A stretch of 64,000 nt of DNA, taken from NCBI GenBank assembly GCA_963805945.1, contig CAWDVP010000006.1:352001-416000 (forward strand). The letters run 5' to 3'. Below the pieces are notes generated by a model. The model searched no databases and was not told where the DNA came from. It saw only the letters and a program-made list of their open reading frames with translations. Below are positions 10,385 through 19,821 of this stretch, piece by piece. The position numbers and the translations under genes were made by a program. Every line of letters begins with the position of its first letter. The first letter of the stretch is position 1. This stretch comes from Vulcanimicrobiota bacterium (GTDB taxonomy: Bacteria; Vulcanimicrobiota; Vulcanimicrobiia; Eremiobacterales; Eremiobacteraceae).

Positions 10385-11980
10385 TTACTGCCCGCAGGTC
10401 GTTCCGTTATCCGTGGTGCACAGCGCGAGCACGTTGTACTGCGTCGTCGTCGGCGTGAACGGCGGAGGCGTCTTGGACAGCCGCGGATCGTAGACCGCGT
10501 TCGTGTCGAAGCCGCTGGGTGCGCCGCCGAGCGTGCCGCGCTTGCCGCGCACGTTCTCGATGAGGCTGCCGAACAGCGTGAGGGTGCCCTGGCCGCCGGC
10601 GCACTTGACGGGCACCGCGGCGCAGAAGACGTTGCCGAAGGTGCCGTCGCTGCAGACCACGCTGCACTCACCGTAGTAGCCGGTGAGCATCAGACCGTCG
10701 ACCTCCATGTTGCCGTTGACCCAGTCCTGCAAATTGACGTCGTTCGCCCAATACGCGAGTTCGTCTTTGGTCGGATCTTGATACATCAACGAACCGAATA
10801 TGCGCATTTGGGGGTTCGGTCCCGTGCCGTTGTCCGTGACGCCGAATGTGTACTGCCCATGGAAGACGCTGGGCACCGTATTCCCCGCCGCGCCGAGATA
10901 GACCGTCGAAGCATCCAGCCAGACCGCGCCGTTGGCACCGACCACGCCGGGCTTTTGCTCGCCGGACGGCACGCCTGTATACGAAGCGACCGGATTATTC
11001 GCGCCGTCGGTGATCGTCGTCGTGTTGCCGACGAAGTCTTCCGTGACGTGATAGGTCAAGCCCGCGAACAGGAAGGTCATCACCTCCGTGTTGGCCGTCG
11101 CCGTCGAGGTGATCCATGCCCAGCTCGGGGTCGCGCGGACGTACAGACCGGTGTTGATGCTGCCGCCGCCGCCGCCGGTGACGTTGGCGCCGTTGATATA
11201 GAGGCCCGTCACGGTCGGGAATGACGGCGTACTCGCGGGAGCAGGATCGCCTGTGTACGCGGCGTTCTGCACCGCGGTGTTGTCCTGTGCCGTCGGCAAG
11301 GTGAGCGGCTGGCTCACCTGCTTGAAATCGCTCTGGTTGCTGATGATGGACGCCCAATTCGCGCCCGTCGTCGGCAGGCCGGGCACCCACAGCGGCGGCT
11401 GCGACGTGGTGACCGTGCTGGTGAAGATCGGCGGGCTGATGGAATCATAGAAGATGCGCATCGGGCCCCCGCTGTAGACGGGGCCGTCGAAGGTCTCGCC
11501 CGAGGCGTAGAACACGACGCCGCCGACGTTGGTGTTCTCGCTGATGGTGAAGATGCCGTACGCGGAGTAGGGCTGCTTTTGGATCACGGCGTCGACGTTG
11601 CGCGTGCTGCCGCCGCTCGTGCCGACCGAATGGATCAGATAGTACGGCAGCTGAACGGCGGTCCACTGCTGCGTCACCGTCGAGGCGTAGGTGACGGGGT
11701 TGCCGGTATCATCGTTGTAGGTCGCCGACTGCGGGGCCGGCACGACGCCGGGGGCGGCGCCTGAGTCGTTGAGCTCGAACTGGTAGGTCATCTCCTCGAC
11801 GCCCATGTATGCGGCGCGCAGGGCCGAGTTGCTCGTCCCGTGGGCGCCTGTCACGATGATCTCGTTGTGCAGGCCTTCCATGAGCGGCAGCATGAGCAGC
11901 ATCAGGACGACGATGATGAAGATCGTCGCGATGAGCGCGATGCCCCGCTGCTCTTTGAGATCCGAACGTATACCGGCCAT
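10385..11980 (-). CDS. PilX-like minor pilin with large C-terminal domain, copy 1
   Basis: Class III signal EQRG|IALIATIF lacking E5; ALRAAYMG; C-terminal YDPRL..PPPFTP. Confidence 0.8.
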   Translation of the reverse strand: MAGIRSDLKEQRGIALIATIFIIVVLMLLMLPLMEGLHNEIIVTGAHGTSNSALRAAYMGVEEMTYQFELNDSGAAPGVVPAPQSATYNDDTGNPVTYASTVTQQWTAVQLPYYLIHSVGTSGGSTRNVDAVIQKQPYSAYGIFTISENTNVGGVVFYASGETFDGPVYSGGPMRIFYDSISPPIFTSTVTTSQPPLWVPGLPTTGANWASIISNQSDFKQVSQPLTLPTAQDNTAVQNAAYTGDPAPASTPSFPTVTGLYINGANVTGGGGGSINTGLYVRATPSWAWITSTATANTEVMTFLFAGLTYHVTEDFVGNTTTITDGANNPVASYTGVPSGEQKPGVVGANGAVWLDASTVYLGAAGNTVPSVFHGQYTFGVTDNGTGPNPQMRIFGSLMYQDPTKDELAYWANDVNLQDWVNGNMEVDGLMLTGYYGECSVVCSDGTFGNVFCAAVPVKCAGGQGTLTLFGSLIENVRGKRGTLGGAPSGFDTNAVYDPRLSKTPPPFTPTTTQYNVLALCTTDNGTTCGQ

Positions 11981-11994
11981 GACGTCAATAACTC

Positions 11995-12627
11995 CTAGTT
12001 CTGCAGGATGTGCACGTTGTCGACCAACGTGTAGGGATTCTCCGCTTGATATCCCGAGGCGTTCTTCATGTCGTTGATGGTGATCTGGAACTGATATTCA
12101 TACGTGTTATTGGGGCTGCGTGCGACGCCGAAATCGGTGACGTTGCGCGCCAGCACGGCAGGCGCCGGCGATGGGCCGCTCGCGCTGTAGGTCCCCCAAG
12201 TCGTGACGTACTCGTTCACCGTCTTGCCGACCGGATCGTACGAGATGATATGCACGTTGTAGGTGAGCGTCGGCACTCCGCCCGGCGACGGTATGACGGC
12301 CGGGTTCAGGGTCGTGACGCGGAAGAAGGCGATGGCCGGCGTCGACGTCGCGCTGGGGAACGGCGTCGGCAGGATCGGGAAGCTCGCGCTGCCCGGAAAA
12401 TCGATTGCGTTCTGATCGACGCTCGCCTGGCTGAGCGAGCTGTTGATCTTGCCCATGGCCAGACGCGCCTCTTGCTCGTTGGACATGTTCTCGCTCGTGA
12501 GCGTGTGATGCGCGTAGGCGCGCGTGAAGAGCGCGGTCGCCATCCCCAAAACGAGGAACAGCACGCCGAGCGAGATCATCAGCTCCGCTATCGATATGCC
12601 GCGGGTCGTACGCTTCATCGTCATCAC
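11995..12627 (-). CDS. PilW-like minor pilin, copy 1
   Basis: TTRG|ISIAELMISL prepilin motif. Confidence 0.8.
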   Translation of the reverse strand: MMTMKRTTRGISIAELMISLGVLFLVLGMATALFTRAYAHHTLTSENMSNEQEARLAMGKINSSLSQASVDQNAIDFPGSASFPILPTPFPSATSTPAIAFFRVTTLNPAVIPSPGGVPTLTYNVHIISYDPVGKTVNEYVTTWGTYSASGPSPAPAVLARNVTDFGVARSPNNTYEYQFQITINDMKNASGYQAENPYTLVDNVHILQN

Positions 12628-12628
12628 C

Positions 12629-13386
12629 TTAGACCGGGATCGGCGTGGCGGTCGGGACCGCGGTCGGCGTCGGCGATGCGGTCGGTGACGGCGTGGCGGT
12701 CGGCGACGGCGTGGCGGTCGGCGATGGCGTCGGCGACGGCGAGGCGGTCGGTGACGGCGTAGCGGTCGGCGACGGCGTAGCGGTCGGCGAGGCGGTCGGT
12801 GACGGCGTGGCGGTCGGTGACGGCGTGGCGGTCGGTGACGGCGTCGGCGTGGGCGTCGGGGCCAGGGTCGGTGACGGCGGCGGCGTGGCCAGCGTCAGCA
12901 TGCTCGGCACCTGGTGGGTGAACGAGTGCAATTCGTATTCGTCGGTGCGCCCAGCGATCGTGTTGCGCACCCAGATGGTGATCGTCGAACTATCCAGAGC
13001 GGGACGCTCTGGAACCATTGGTATTGCACGTTCTGCATCACCGCGGGTTCCAAGGCGCAGGCGGGGGGCGTGTGCCACGTGCCGCCCATGGTCGGGCCGG
13101 CGTCATTGACTGGCGTCATCGGCTGCCCGCACGCATCTTTGGGAGTGTCCGGATATGCGCCCTTCGCCCACAGATTCGGATCGCCGTGCATCACGGCGAA
13201 GAGATAATTCGAGGCGGAGATGTTCTGCGTGCGTTGAGAGGCCTTGCTCTCGCCCCACGACGTTGCGATCATGTTCTCGGCGACGAAGACGAAAATGGCG
13301 ACGAGCAACACGAGCGCGACGAGCACTTCGATGAGTGACACGCCGCGACGGGTCGCGCCTACCGACTTCTGCCGTTTACCATGCAT
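12629..13386 (-). CDS. PilV-like minor pilin with Pro/Thr/Ser-rich tail, copy 1 (frameshift near 13000)
   Basis: [14 protein letters not shown]; ORFs 12895-13407 and 12629-13078 join by restoring one base in a C-run; colinear with copy 2. Confidence 0.75.
12640..12880. repeat. Degenerate 18-bp tandem repeat encoding (SPTATP)n
   Basis: Repeated GCGGTCGG(T/C)GACGGCGT(G/A) units. Confidence 0.9.
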
Positions 13387-13537
13387 CCAAACACACCATC
13401 CGCTCAAGCGATTTTGACGGCGTCCCCCACTGGTCAGTGATAAGACTCACACTTCGGTGCTCGCATTACCTTGCGCCGTCCCCTGATGCAGGACGTTTGA
13501 GCAAAGTGTGACGTAGCGCACTAGGCCGCTTAAGCGG

Positions 13538-13573
13538 CAAAAAAGCGCCGCGGCTGTTCAGCCGCGGCGCTTG
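13538..13573 (-). terminator. Intrinsic terminator after pilin cassette 2
   Basis: AAGCGCCGCGGCTG-AA-CAGCCGCGGCGCTTTTTT. Confidence 0.9.
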
Positions 13574-13589
13574 CCTGCTGTCGGCGCGG

Positions 13590-15191
13590 TCACTGACCGC
13601 AGGTCGTACCGGTCGAATCCTCGGTGCACAGCGCCAGCACGATGTAATCCGTGGTCGTGGGCGTGTACGGCGGTGGTTTGCTGGCGAGCCGCGGATCGTA
13701 GACGCCGTTGGTCTCGAAGCCGGTCACCGAGCTGCCAAGCGTGCCGCGCTTGCCGCGCACATTCTCGATCAAGCTGCCCCGCAGCGTGAGAACGCCGGTG
13801 CCGCCGGTGCAGGTCGGCGCGGCGGAGCAGCCCTTGTTATAGAAGGTGCCGTCGTTGCAGACCGCCGTGCACTCGCCGTAGTAGCCGGTGAACATGGCGC
13901 CGTCGATCTCGATATTGCCGTTGACCGCGTCGTTGAGGATGATGTCGTTCGCCCAGTACGCGAGGATGTCGGTGCTGGACAGCGACGTGTCCGCATAGGT
14001 GACCGATCCCAGCATCGTGATGGTGGGATTGGGCAAGCCCTTGCCGTCCGGAACGCCTAACGTGTATTGCCCGCGGAACGACGAGCCCGCGGCGATGGTC
14101 ATCGCGCCCGTCGAGAAGATCGCGCCGTTGGGGCCGCTCGTCCCGGGCGCCTGCTGGCCGCTGGGCACGCCGGTATACGACGCGACGAGCGCGCCCGCGC
14201 AGCTCGCGCCGGTCCACTTCGTGACCGTCGTCGTGTTGGCGGCGAGGTTGATGTTGACGCACTGGGTGCCTGAGGTCATCACCAGCTTCAAGGTCTCTGT
14301 GTTCGCCGCGAGGCTGCCGGTCGAGGTCACGGTCACCGTGCCCGAGATGAACAAGCCCGTCGTGATCGCGCCGCCGCCGCCGGCGACCGCCTTGTCGTTG
14401 ATGTAGAGACCTGCCGCGCCGGGGATCGCCGGTGGCGACGACGGTTGCGGATTGCCGACAAGCGCGGCGTATTCCACCGACAGGTTATCGTTGGTGGTCG
14501 GCAGCGTCAGCGGCGAGGTGACGGTCTTCCAGTTGCCCTGATTGGAGATGACGCTGTCCCATTGGGCATTGGTCGACGGCGCGCCGGGCACCCAGGTGGT
14601 GGTGCCGGCGTTGATCACCTGGTCGTTGAAGATCGGCGGCTGGCCGGTCGTATACGCGATGCGCATCGGGCCACCGCTGTAGACGGGACCGTTGAACGAC
14701 TCGCCGGAGGCGTAGAACACCGCGCCGCCGACGTTGGTGAACTCGCTGATGGTGAACATGTTGAAAGCGGAGAAGGGCTGCTTCTCGAGCAGTGCGTCCA
14801 CTTTGCGCGTCGAGGCGCCGGCGGTGCCGGTCGAATGCACGATGTAGAACGGCAGGACGCTGCTCCACTTCTGGGTGTCGACATAGGATGAATACGCGAC
14901 GGTCTTGCCGTCGTCGTCGGTGTAGGACGCGCTTTGCGGCCCGGGGGTAGAGCCAGGCGCGGCGCCCGCGTCGTTGAGCTCGAATTGATACTGCATCTCC
15001 TCGACGCCCGCGTAGGCGGCGCGTTGGGCCGAATTGCTGTTGCCATGCAAGCCCGTGAGCTTGAGCTCGTTGACCACATTGGTCATCAGCGCACCGATGA
15101 GGATCATGAACACCGCGGTCATGAGCAGAACCGTGACGAGGGCCATGCCTCGCTGCGGGCTCTTCGCGATCGGGTGGTTATCAGGTTTCAT
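13590..15191 (-). CDS. PilX-like minor pilin with large C-terminal domain, copy 2
   Basis: PQRG|MALVTVLL; paralog of 10385-11980 (shared GSLIENVRGKRGTLG, YDPRL, TTCGQ*). Confidence 0.8.
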   Translation of the reverse strand: MKPDNHPIAKSPQRGMALVTVLLMTAVFMILIGALMTNVVNELKLTGLHGNSNSAQRAAYAGVEEMQYQFELNDAGAAPGSTPGPQSASYTDDDGKTVAYSSYVDTQKWSSVLPFYIVHSTGTAGASTRKVDALLEKQPFSAFNMFTISEFTNVGGAVFYASGESFNGPVYSGGPMRIAYTTGQPPIFNDQVINAGTTTWVPGAPSTNAQWDSVISNQGNWKTVTSPLTLPTTNDNLSVEYAALVGNPQPSSPPAIPGAAGLYINDKAVAGGGGAITTGLFISGTVTVTSTGSLAANTETLKLVMTSGTQCVNINLAANTTTVTKWTGASCAGALVASYTGVPSGQQAPGTSGPNGAIFSTGAMTIAAGSSFRGQYTLGVPDGKGLPNPTITMLGSVTYADTSLSSTDILAYWANDIILNDAVNGNIEIDGAMFTGYYGECTAVCNDGTFYNKGCSAAPTCTGGTGVLTLRGSLIENVRGKRGTLGSSVTGFETNGVYDPRLASKPPPYTPTTTDYIVLALCTEDSTGTTCGQ

Positions 15192-15200
15192 GGCTCGCTC

Positions 15201-15821
15201 CTAGTTCATCAGATGGACGTTGTCGACCAAGGTGTAAGGCGCTTCGGCCTGCGTCGGATTGTTGATATTGTTGACCGTGATCTGGAACTGGTACTCGAAC
15301 GGGCTGATCTGCATGACGCCGAAATTCGTGACGTTGTCCGCGAGGACGGTCGGCGCCGGCGACGCCATGCCGGTCTTGTACGTCGGGTTGTAATCCATGG
15401 TGTACTCGTTGACGACTTTGTTGACCGCGTCATACGAGATGATGTGGACCTTGTAGGCCGGGTTCGGCGCCAAGGTGGAGCCCGTCGGGATGGCCGCCGG
15501 GTTGAGCGTCGCGACGCGGAAGAACGTGATCGCGGGAGACGACGTCGCCTGCGGCACTACGCTGAGGACCGCGGGCGCGGGCGTGCCGCTCGTGTCGTTG
15601 GTGTTGGCATCCACCGACGCCTGGCTGAGCGACGCGTTCACGCGGGCCATAGCGACGCGTGCGGCCTGCTCGTTCGTCATGTTCTCGGTCGTCAAGGCCA
15701 CGTGCGTGAAGGCCTGCTTGAACAGCACGGTCGCAAGGCCTAGCACGAGCAGCAGGATCCCGAATGATATGAGCAGTTCGGGGATCGTCATGCCGCGCTT
15801 CGTGGTCGTACGCATCGTCAT
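15201..15821 (-). CDS. PilW-like minor pilin, copy 2
   Basis: TKRG|MTIPELLISF; shares PYTLVDNVH C-terminus with copy 1. Confidence 0.8.
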   Translation of the reverse strand: MTMRTTTKRGMTIPELLISFGILLLVLGLATVLFKQAFTHVALTTENMTNEQAARVAMARVNASLSQASVDANTNDTSGTPAPAVLSVVPQATSSPAITFFRVATLNPAAIPTGSTLAPNPAYKVHIISYDAVNKVVNEYTMDYNPTYKTGMASPAPTVLADNVTNFGVMQISPFEYQFQITVNNINNPTQAEAPYTLVDNVHLMN

Positions 15822-15828
15822 CCCTCGA

Positions 15829-16555
15829 TCAGATCGGCAGCGGCGTAGCGGTCGGCGACGGCGTCGGCGACGGTGATGGCGTCTTCGTCGGCGTAGCGGT
15901 CGGCGACGGCGACGGCGTGTGGGACGGCGTGGCGGTCGGCGACGGCGTCGCGGTGTGCGGCGGGGTCGCGGTCGGCGTCGGCGTGTGCGTCGGCGTGGCC
16001 GTGGGTGACGGCTTCGGCGTCGGCGTCGGCGTCGCGGTCGGCGACGGCGGCGGTGTGGCCAGCGTCAATTGTGTCGGCGTCTGATGGGTGAAACCCCGTA
16101 GCTCGTATCTGATCGATGCGGCCACCGACGGTGCTCTTGACCCAGACCGTCAGATTGGCGCTGTTCTGAACCGGCACCGTCTCATTCCATTGATACTGCA
16201 CGTTGGAGACTTCCGGCGGCGCCAGGTTGCAATTCGGCGCCGTGTGCCATACGCCGGCGCTCTTCGGGCCTGCATCGGTGACAGGGACGAGCGGGTTGCC
16301 GCATGCGTCAACCGGGGTATCCGGGTAGCCGGCCCACAGGTTCTTGTCGCCTGACACGAGCGCCATGAAATAGTTCGCGGCGGAGACGTTCATCGAGCGC
16401 TGCGATGACTTCGACTCGGCCCAGCTGGACGCGATCATGTTCTCAGCGACGAACGTGAAGACGAGCACGAGCAGCACGATCGCGACCAACACCTCGATGA
16501 GGGTCATGCCGCGGGTCTTCGTGTTCTTCTTCGTGCCGTTGTCGCTCATCTTCAT
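15829..16555 (-). CDS. PilV-like minor pilin with Pro/Thr-rich tail, copy 2 (frameshift near 16110)
   Basis: [14 protein letters not shown]; ORFs 15818-16555 and 15829-16125 join by removing one base. Confidence 0.75.
15840..16055. repeat. Degenerate tandem repeat encoding Pro/Thr-rich tail
   Basis: ([10 protein letters not shown])n codon repeats. Confidence 0.85.
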
Positions 16556-16733
16556 CTCTTACCTTTATGAAACTGAGGGTGATCCTGCCAGCCTTGTCGG
16601 CGCGGAACCCCCTCTATAGATTCAATCGGGTATGCTTTCGCTGAACCTTCACCGCGGGTCCCTCCCGCGACGCGGTCAGAAGGCAGATGTGATGCGTGAC
16701 ACTCGGGGACGAAAGTCGTAGCACGTGAGCGCG

Positions 16734-17309
16734 CTACGTGTGGCCGTACCCGCCCATTCCGCCGGAGCTCGGCGCAGGTGTGACGACGGGCACAGGGGCC
16801 GAAACATCGGTCGACGAGCCTGGTTGACCGCTCCCGCCGAAATGCGAGACCGCGCGGATCTTGTAGTTGGTGACATAGAGCGCGCGCGTGATCGCTCGTA
16901 TGTCTTCAAGCAGCGCTGTCGCCTTGGGGTCGCTCGGACAGGTGAGCTCGGGCGACGTTTCCGCGCCGAGCGACACGACGACGGGTGTCACCGCCGCTGC
17001 ACCGGCCGCACAACTCGACGAGGGAAGCTTCGACAGCGGCGCGGCCGCTGCAAGATCGAGGAAGAGGGCGTGCGTGAGGTCGGCCGAGAGCTGCCGCTGG
17101 CCCTTGCCGGCGCCGTCGACGCCGCCGCCGCCGTCCGGCGCGATCACGATGCGATATCCGGCGAGATCCGCGCTCCCGCTATTGAAGATCATGGCCGCCC
17201 CAGCAGGGACGGGGAGCGGCGTGACCGCGTTCGCGGGTGGCGGGGTGGCGTTCTCGGCGAACGCGCCGGCCGGCACGATAAGGATACAGACGATCAGGAT
17301 GAGGCGCAT
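16734..17309 (-). CDS. Secreted hypothetical protein
   Basis: Signal peptide MRLILIVCILIVPAGAFA; Pro-rich termini; two mature Cys. Confidence 0.75.
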   Translation of the reverse strand: MRLILIVCILIVPAGAFAENATPPPANAVTPLPVPAGAAMIFNSGSADLAGYRIVIAPDGGGGVDGAGKGQRQLSADLTHALFLDLAAAAPLSKLPSSSCAAGAAAVTPVVVSLGAETSPELTCPSDPKATALLEDIRAITRALYVTNYKIRAVSHFGGSGQPGSSTDVSAPVPVVTPAPSSGGMGGYGHT

Positions 17310-17322
17310 GTGGTTCTCGCAA

Positions 17323-17406
17323 TGGGCAGGGTAGGATTCGAACCTACGTAGCGCTGAGCGCGGCAGATTTACAGTCTGCTACCATTAACCACTCGGTCAC
17401 CTGCCC
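17323..17406 (-). tRNA. tRNA-Tyr(GTA)
   Basis: Cloverleaf with long variable arm, anticodon GTA. Confidence 0.96.
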
Positions 17407-17565
17407 GATTCGCGGAAGCGTCTTTGGCCGTGCCTTTGTCTGATGATTTTTGCACCGACGATGGCCACAGGACCTGCTTGGTTTTGCGCTGCGTGAAACC
17501 AAGACCCGCTTTTGGGCGGGGCTGCCCTGGGAGGTAAAACAACTTTCGATAACCTACGAGCGATC

Positions 17566-19821
17566 ATGATGGAAGCTCGGACCGGTTTTTCTGGACGCTG
17601 GCCGACCGTGTTTATGCGGCTGCACTTTTCGTGAGCGCCGCTTTGCTCTTTCTGGTTCAGCCGATGTTCGCGAAAGCGCTCCTGCCGCTCTTGGGAGGCG
17701 CACCAGCTGTCTGGAACACCTGCGTTGTGTTCTACGAACTCATGCTGCTGGCCGGCTATCTGTACGCATTCTACCTTCAGCGCCGGGCGACGCTGACCGT
17801 TCAGGTCGTCATGCATCTCGCACTGGTGCTGCTGGTGCTCTTGTTCCTGCCGCCGCGCATCCACACGTTCTTGCCGCCGCCGTCGAGCACGACCGCTGTG
17901 CCCTGGCTCTTGGCCATGTTGCTCGTGTCCCTCGGCATGCCCCTGGTCATCCTCAGCGCGACGAGCCCTCTGTTGCAAAGCTGGTTCGCTGCCACGACGC
18001 AGCGGCGCGCGCACGACTCTACTTCCTGTACGCCGCAAGCAACGCGGGGAGTCTGTTAGGCCTGCTCTGCTACCCGTTCTTGCTCGAACCTCTGTTAGGG
18101 CTGCGCTTTCAAAGCTTCGTCTGGACCGTGGGCTACTGCATCCTCATCGTATGCCCCGGCGCGGCCGCGTCCGTCGTGTACCGTTCGACACGCGGAAGTT
18201 CATCTGATCCCGTCGACGTCGCGCGTACGGTCGAGCCCACCGAACAGGCGGCTGCTCTCATCGACACCATCAGCGTGAAACGAAAGGCCCGATGGCTCGT
18301 CCTCGCATTCATCCCCTCAAGCCTCATGTTGAGCGTGACGACCTACCTGTCCACGGCCATAGCGCCGATCCCCCTGCTCTGGGTCGTGCCCTTGGCCCTG
18401 TATCTGCTGACTTTTGTGATCGCCTTTTCGGGGGACAGCGAACCGCGCCTCAGGCTATTGCGCCGGATCGGCCCATCCGTCGTGTTGTTGCTGATCGTCG
18501 TGATGGCGTTGCAAGTCGTCTGGGCGCCACTGGTCCTGTTCTTGATCCATCTCACGGCCTTCTTCGTCGTCGCTTTGACATGCCACAGCCTGCTCGCAGA
18601 GGACCGACCGCCGAAAGCCGATCTGACCGAGTTCTATCTTTGGCTCCCCTTGGGAGGAGCCGCAGGCAGGTCTTCACGGCCATATCGCTCCCCTCGTCTT
18701 CACGAGCGGCGTCGAGTACCCGCTCGTCCTCGTGCTAGCGGCCTTCTTTCGCGGTCCTTCCGTGTGCACATTCGTCTGCGTCTTTGGGATTTTGAATTGC
18801 CGCTGTTGGTCGGCGCGGCTCTTGCCGTCTTCATATCGCTTGAGGCGCGCTACGCTCCACAGCCTTGGGGCTCAAGGTCGCGTTGGCTTTCGTCGTCGCC
18901 GCCTTGTGCGCGATCGTCGTTTTCAGGCGGCCCATGGGCTTTGCGGTGTGCACCGCGGCGCTGTTGCTCTGCAGCGTCCTCTACGCCACGACGATAGAGA
19001 ACAGATTGTTCGTCGAACGGAACTTCTTCGGCATCAACACGGTGATGGCGTTGGGGCCTTATCATGTCCTCTTCCACGGACAGACGAATCACGGCATTGA
19101 GAACATGCGGCCGGCGGAGCGCCGACCTCCGCTTGCGTACTACGAGCGCAGCGGGCCGCTTGGGCAGATCTTCGATTCGCTTCGCCCGGCGTTGTCCAAT
19201 GGCTCGATTGCGGTGATCGGCCTAGGATCCGGGTCAGTTCTGTGCTACCGTACGCCAGGACAGCGCTGGACCATCTACGAGATCGACCCCGGAGTCGATC
19301 GCATCGCACGCGACCGGCGTCTCTTCAGATTCATCAGCGATTGCGCTCCGGAGACGCCGACCGTCCTCGGCGACGCACGACTGTCGCTGCAACAATCGAG
19401 CGATAACACCTACGCTCTGATGATTCTCGATGCGTACAGCGCCGACTACGTCCCCGTTCACCTCATCACGGCTGAAGCGTTGGCATTATACGTCCGCAAG
19501 ATGACCGGACATGGCATCCTCGCATTCCACACTTCGAGCTTTTGGATCGACCTCACACCGGTCCTTTCATCGCTCGCTGAGAACGCCGGTTTGGTGTGCT
19601 ACGCAGAGCACGACAGGGTTCTCACCATCGATGAGATGAGGAGGGGAAAGTTCGCTTCGACATGGATGGTGATGGCTCACCACCCGTCGGACCTGGGCGC
19701 GTTGATCCAAAACCCTCGCTGGCGCGCGTGCGATCCCACGACATTCCGGCTGTGGACCGATGATTATTCAAGTCTCGTGACAGTGATACCAGTCCATTTT
19801 TCGATCGGACCGCAGTTCTAG
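17566..19821 (+). pseudogene. Membrane-fused spermidine synthase-like SAM methyltransferase, multiply frameshifted
   Basis: Fragments SAALLFLVQPMFAKALLPLLGGAPAVW, YFLYAASN, PLLWVVPLALYLLTF, IGLGSG..YEIDP..GDAR..LDAYS..WTDDYS lie in different frames (about 5 shifts). Confidence 0.7.

Noticed and set aside
12990..16120. Programmed frameshifting or phase variation in both pilV-like genes
   Set aside because: The two breaks are at non-equivalent codons and in opposite directions (one base missing, one extra), lack slippery heptamers, and match the background of indels in housekeeping genes
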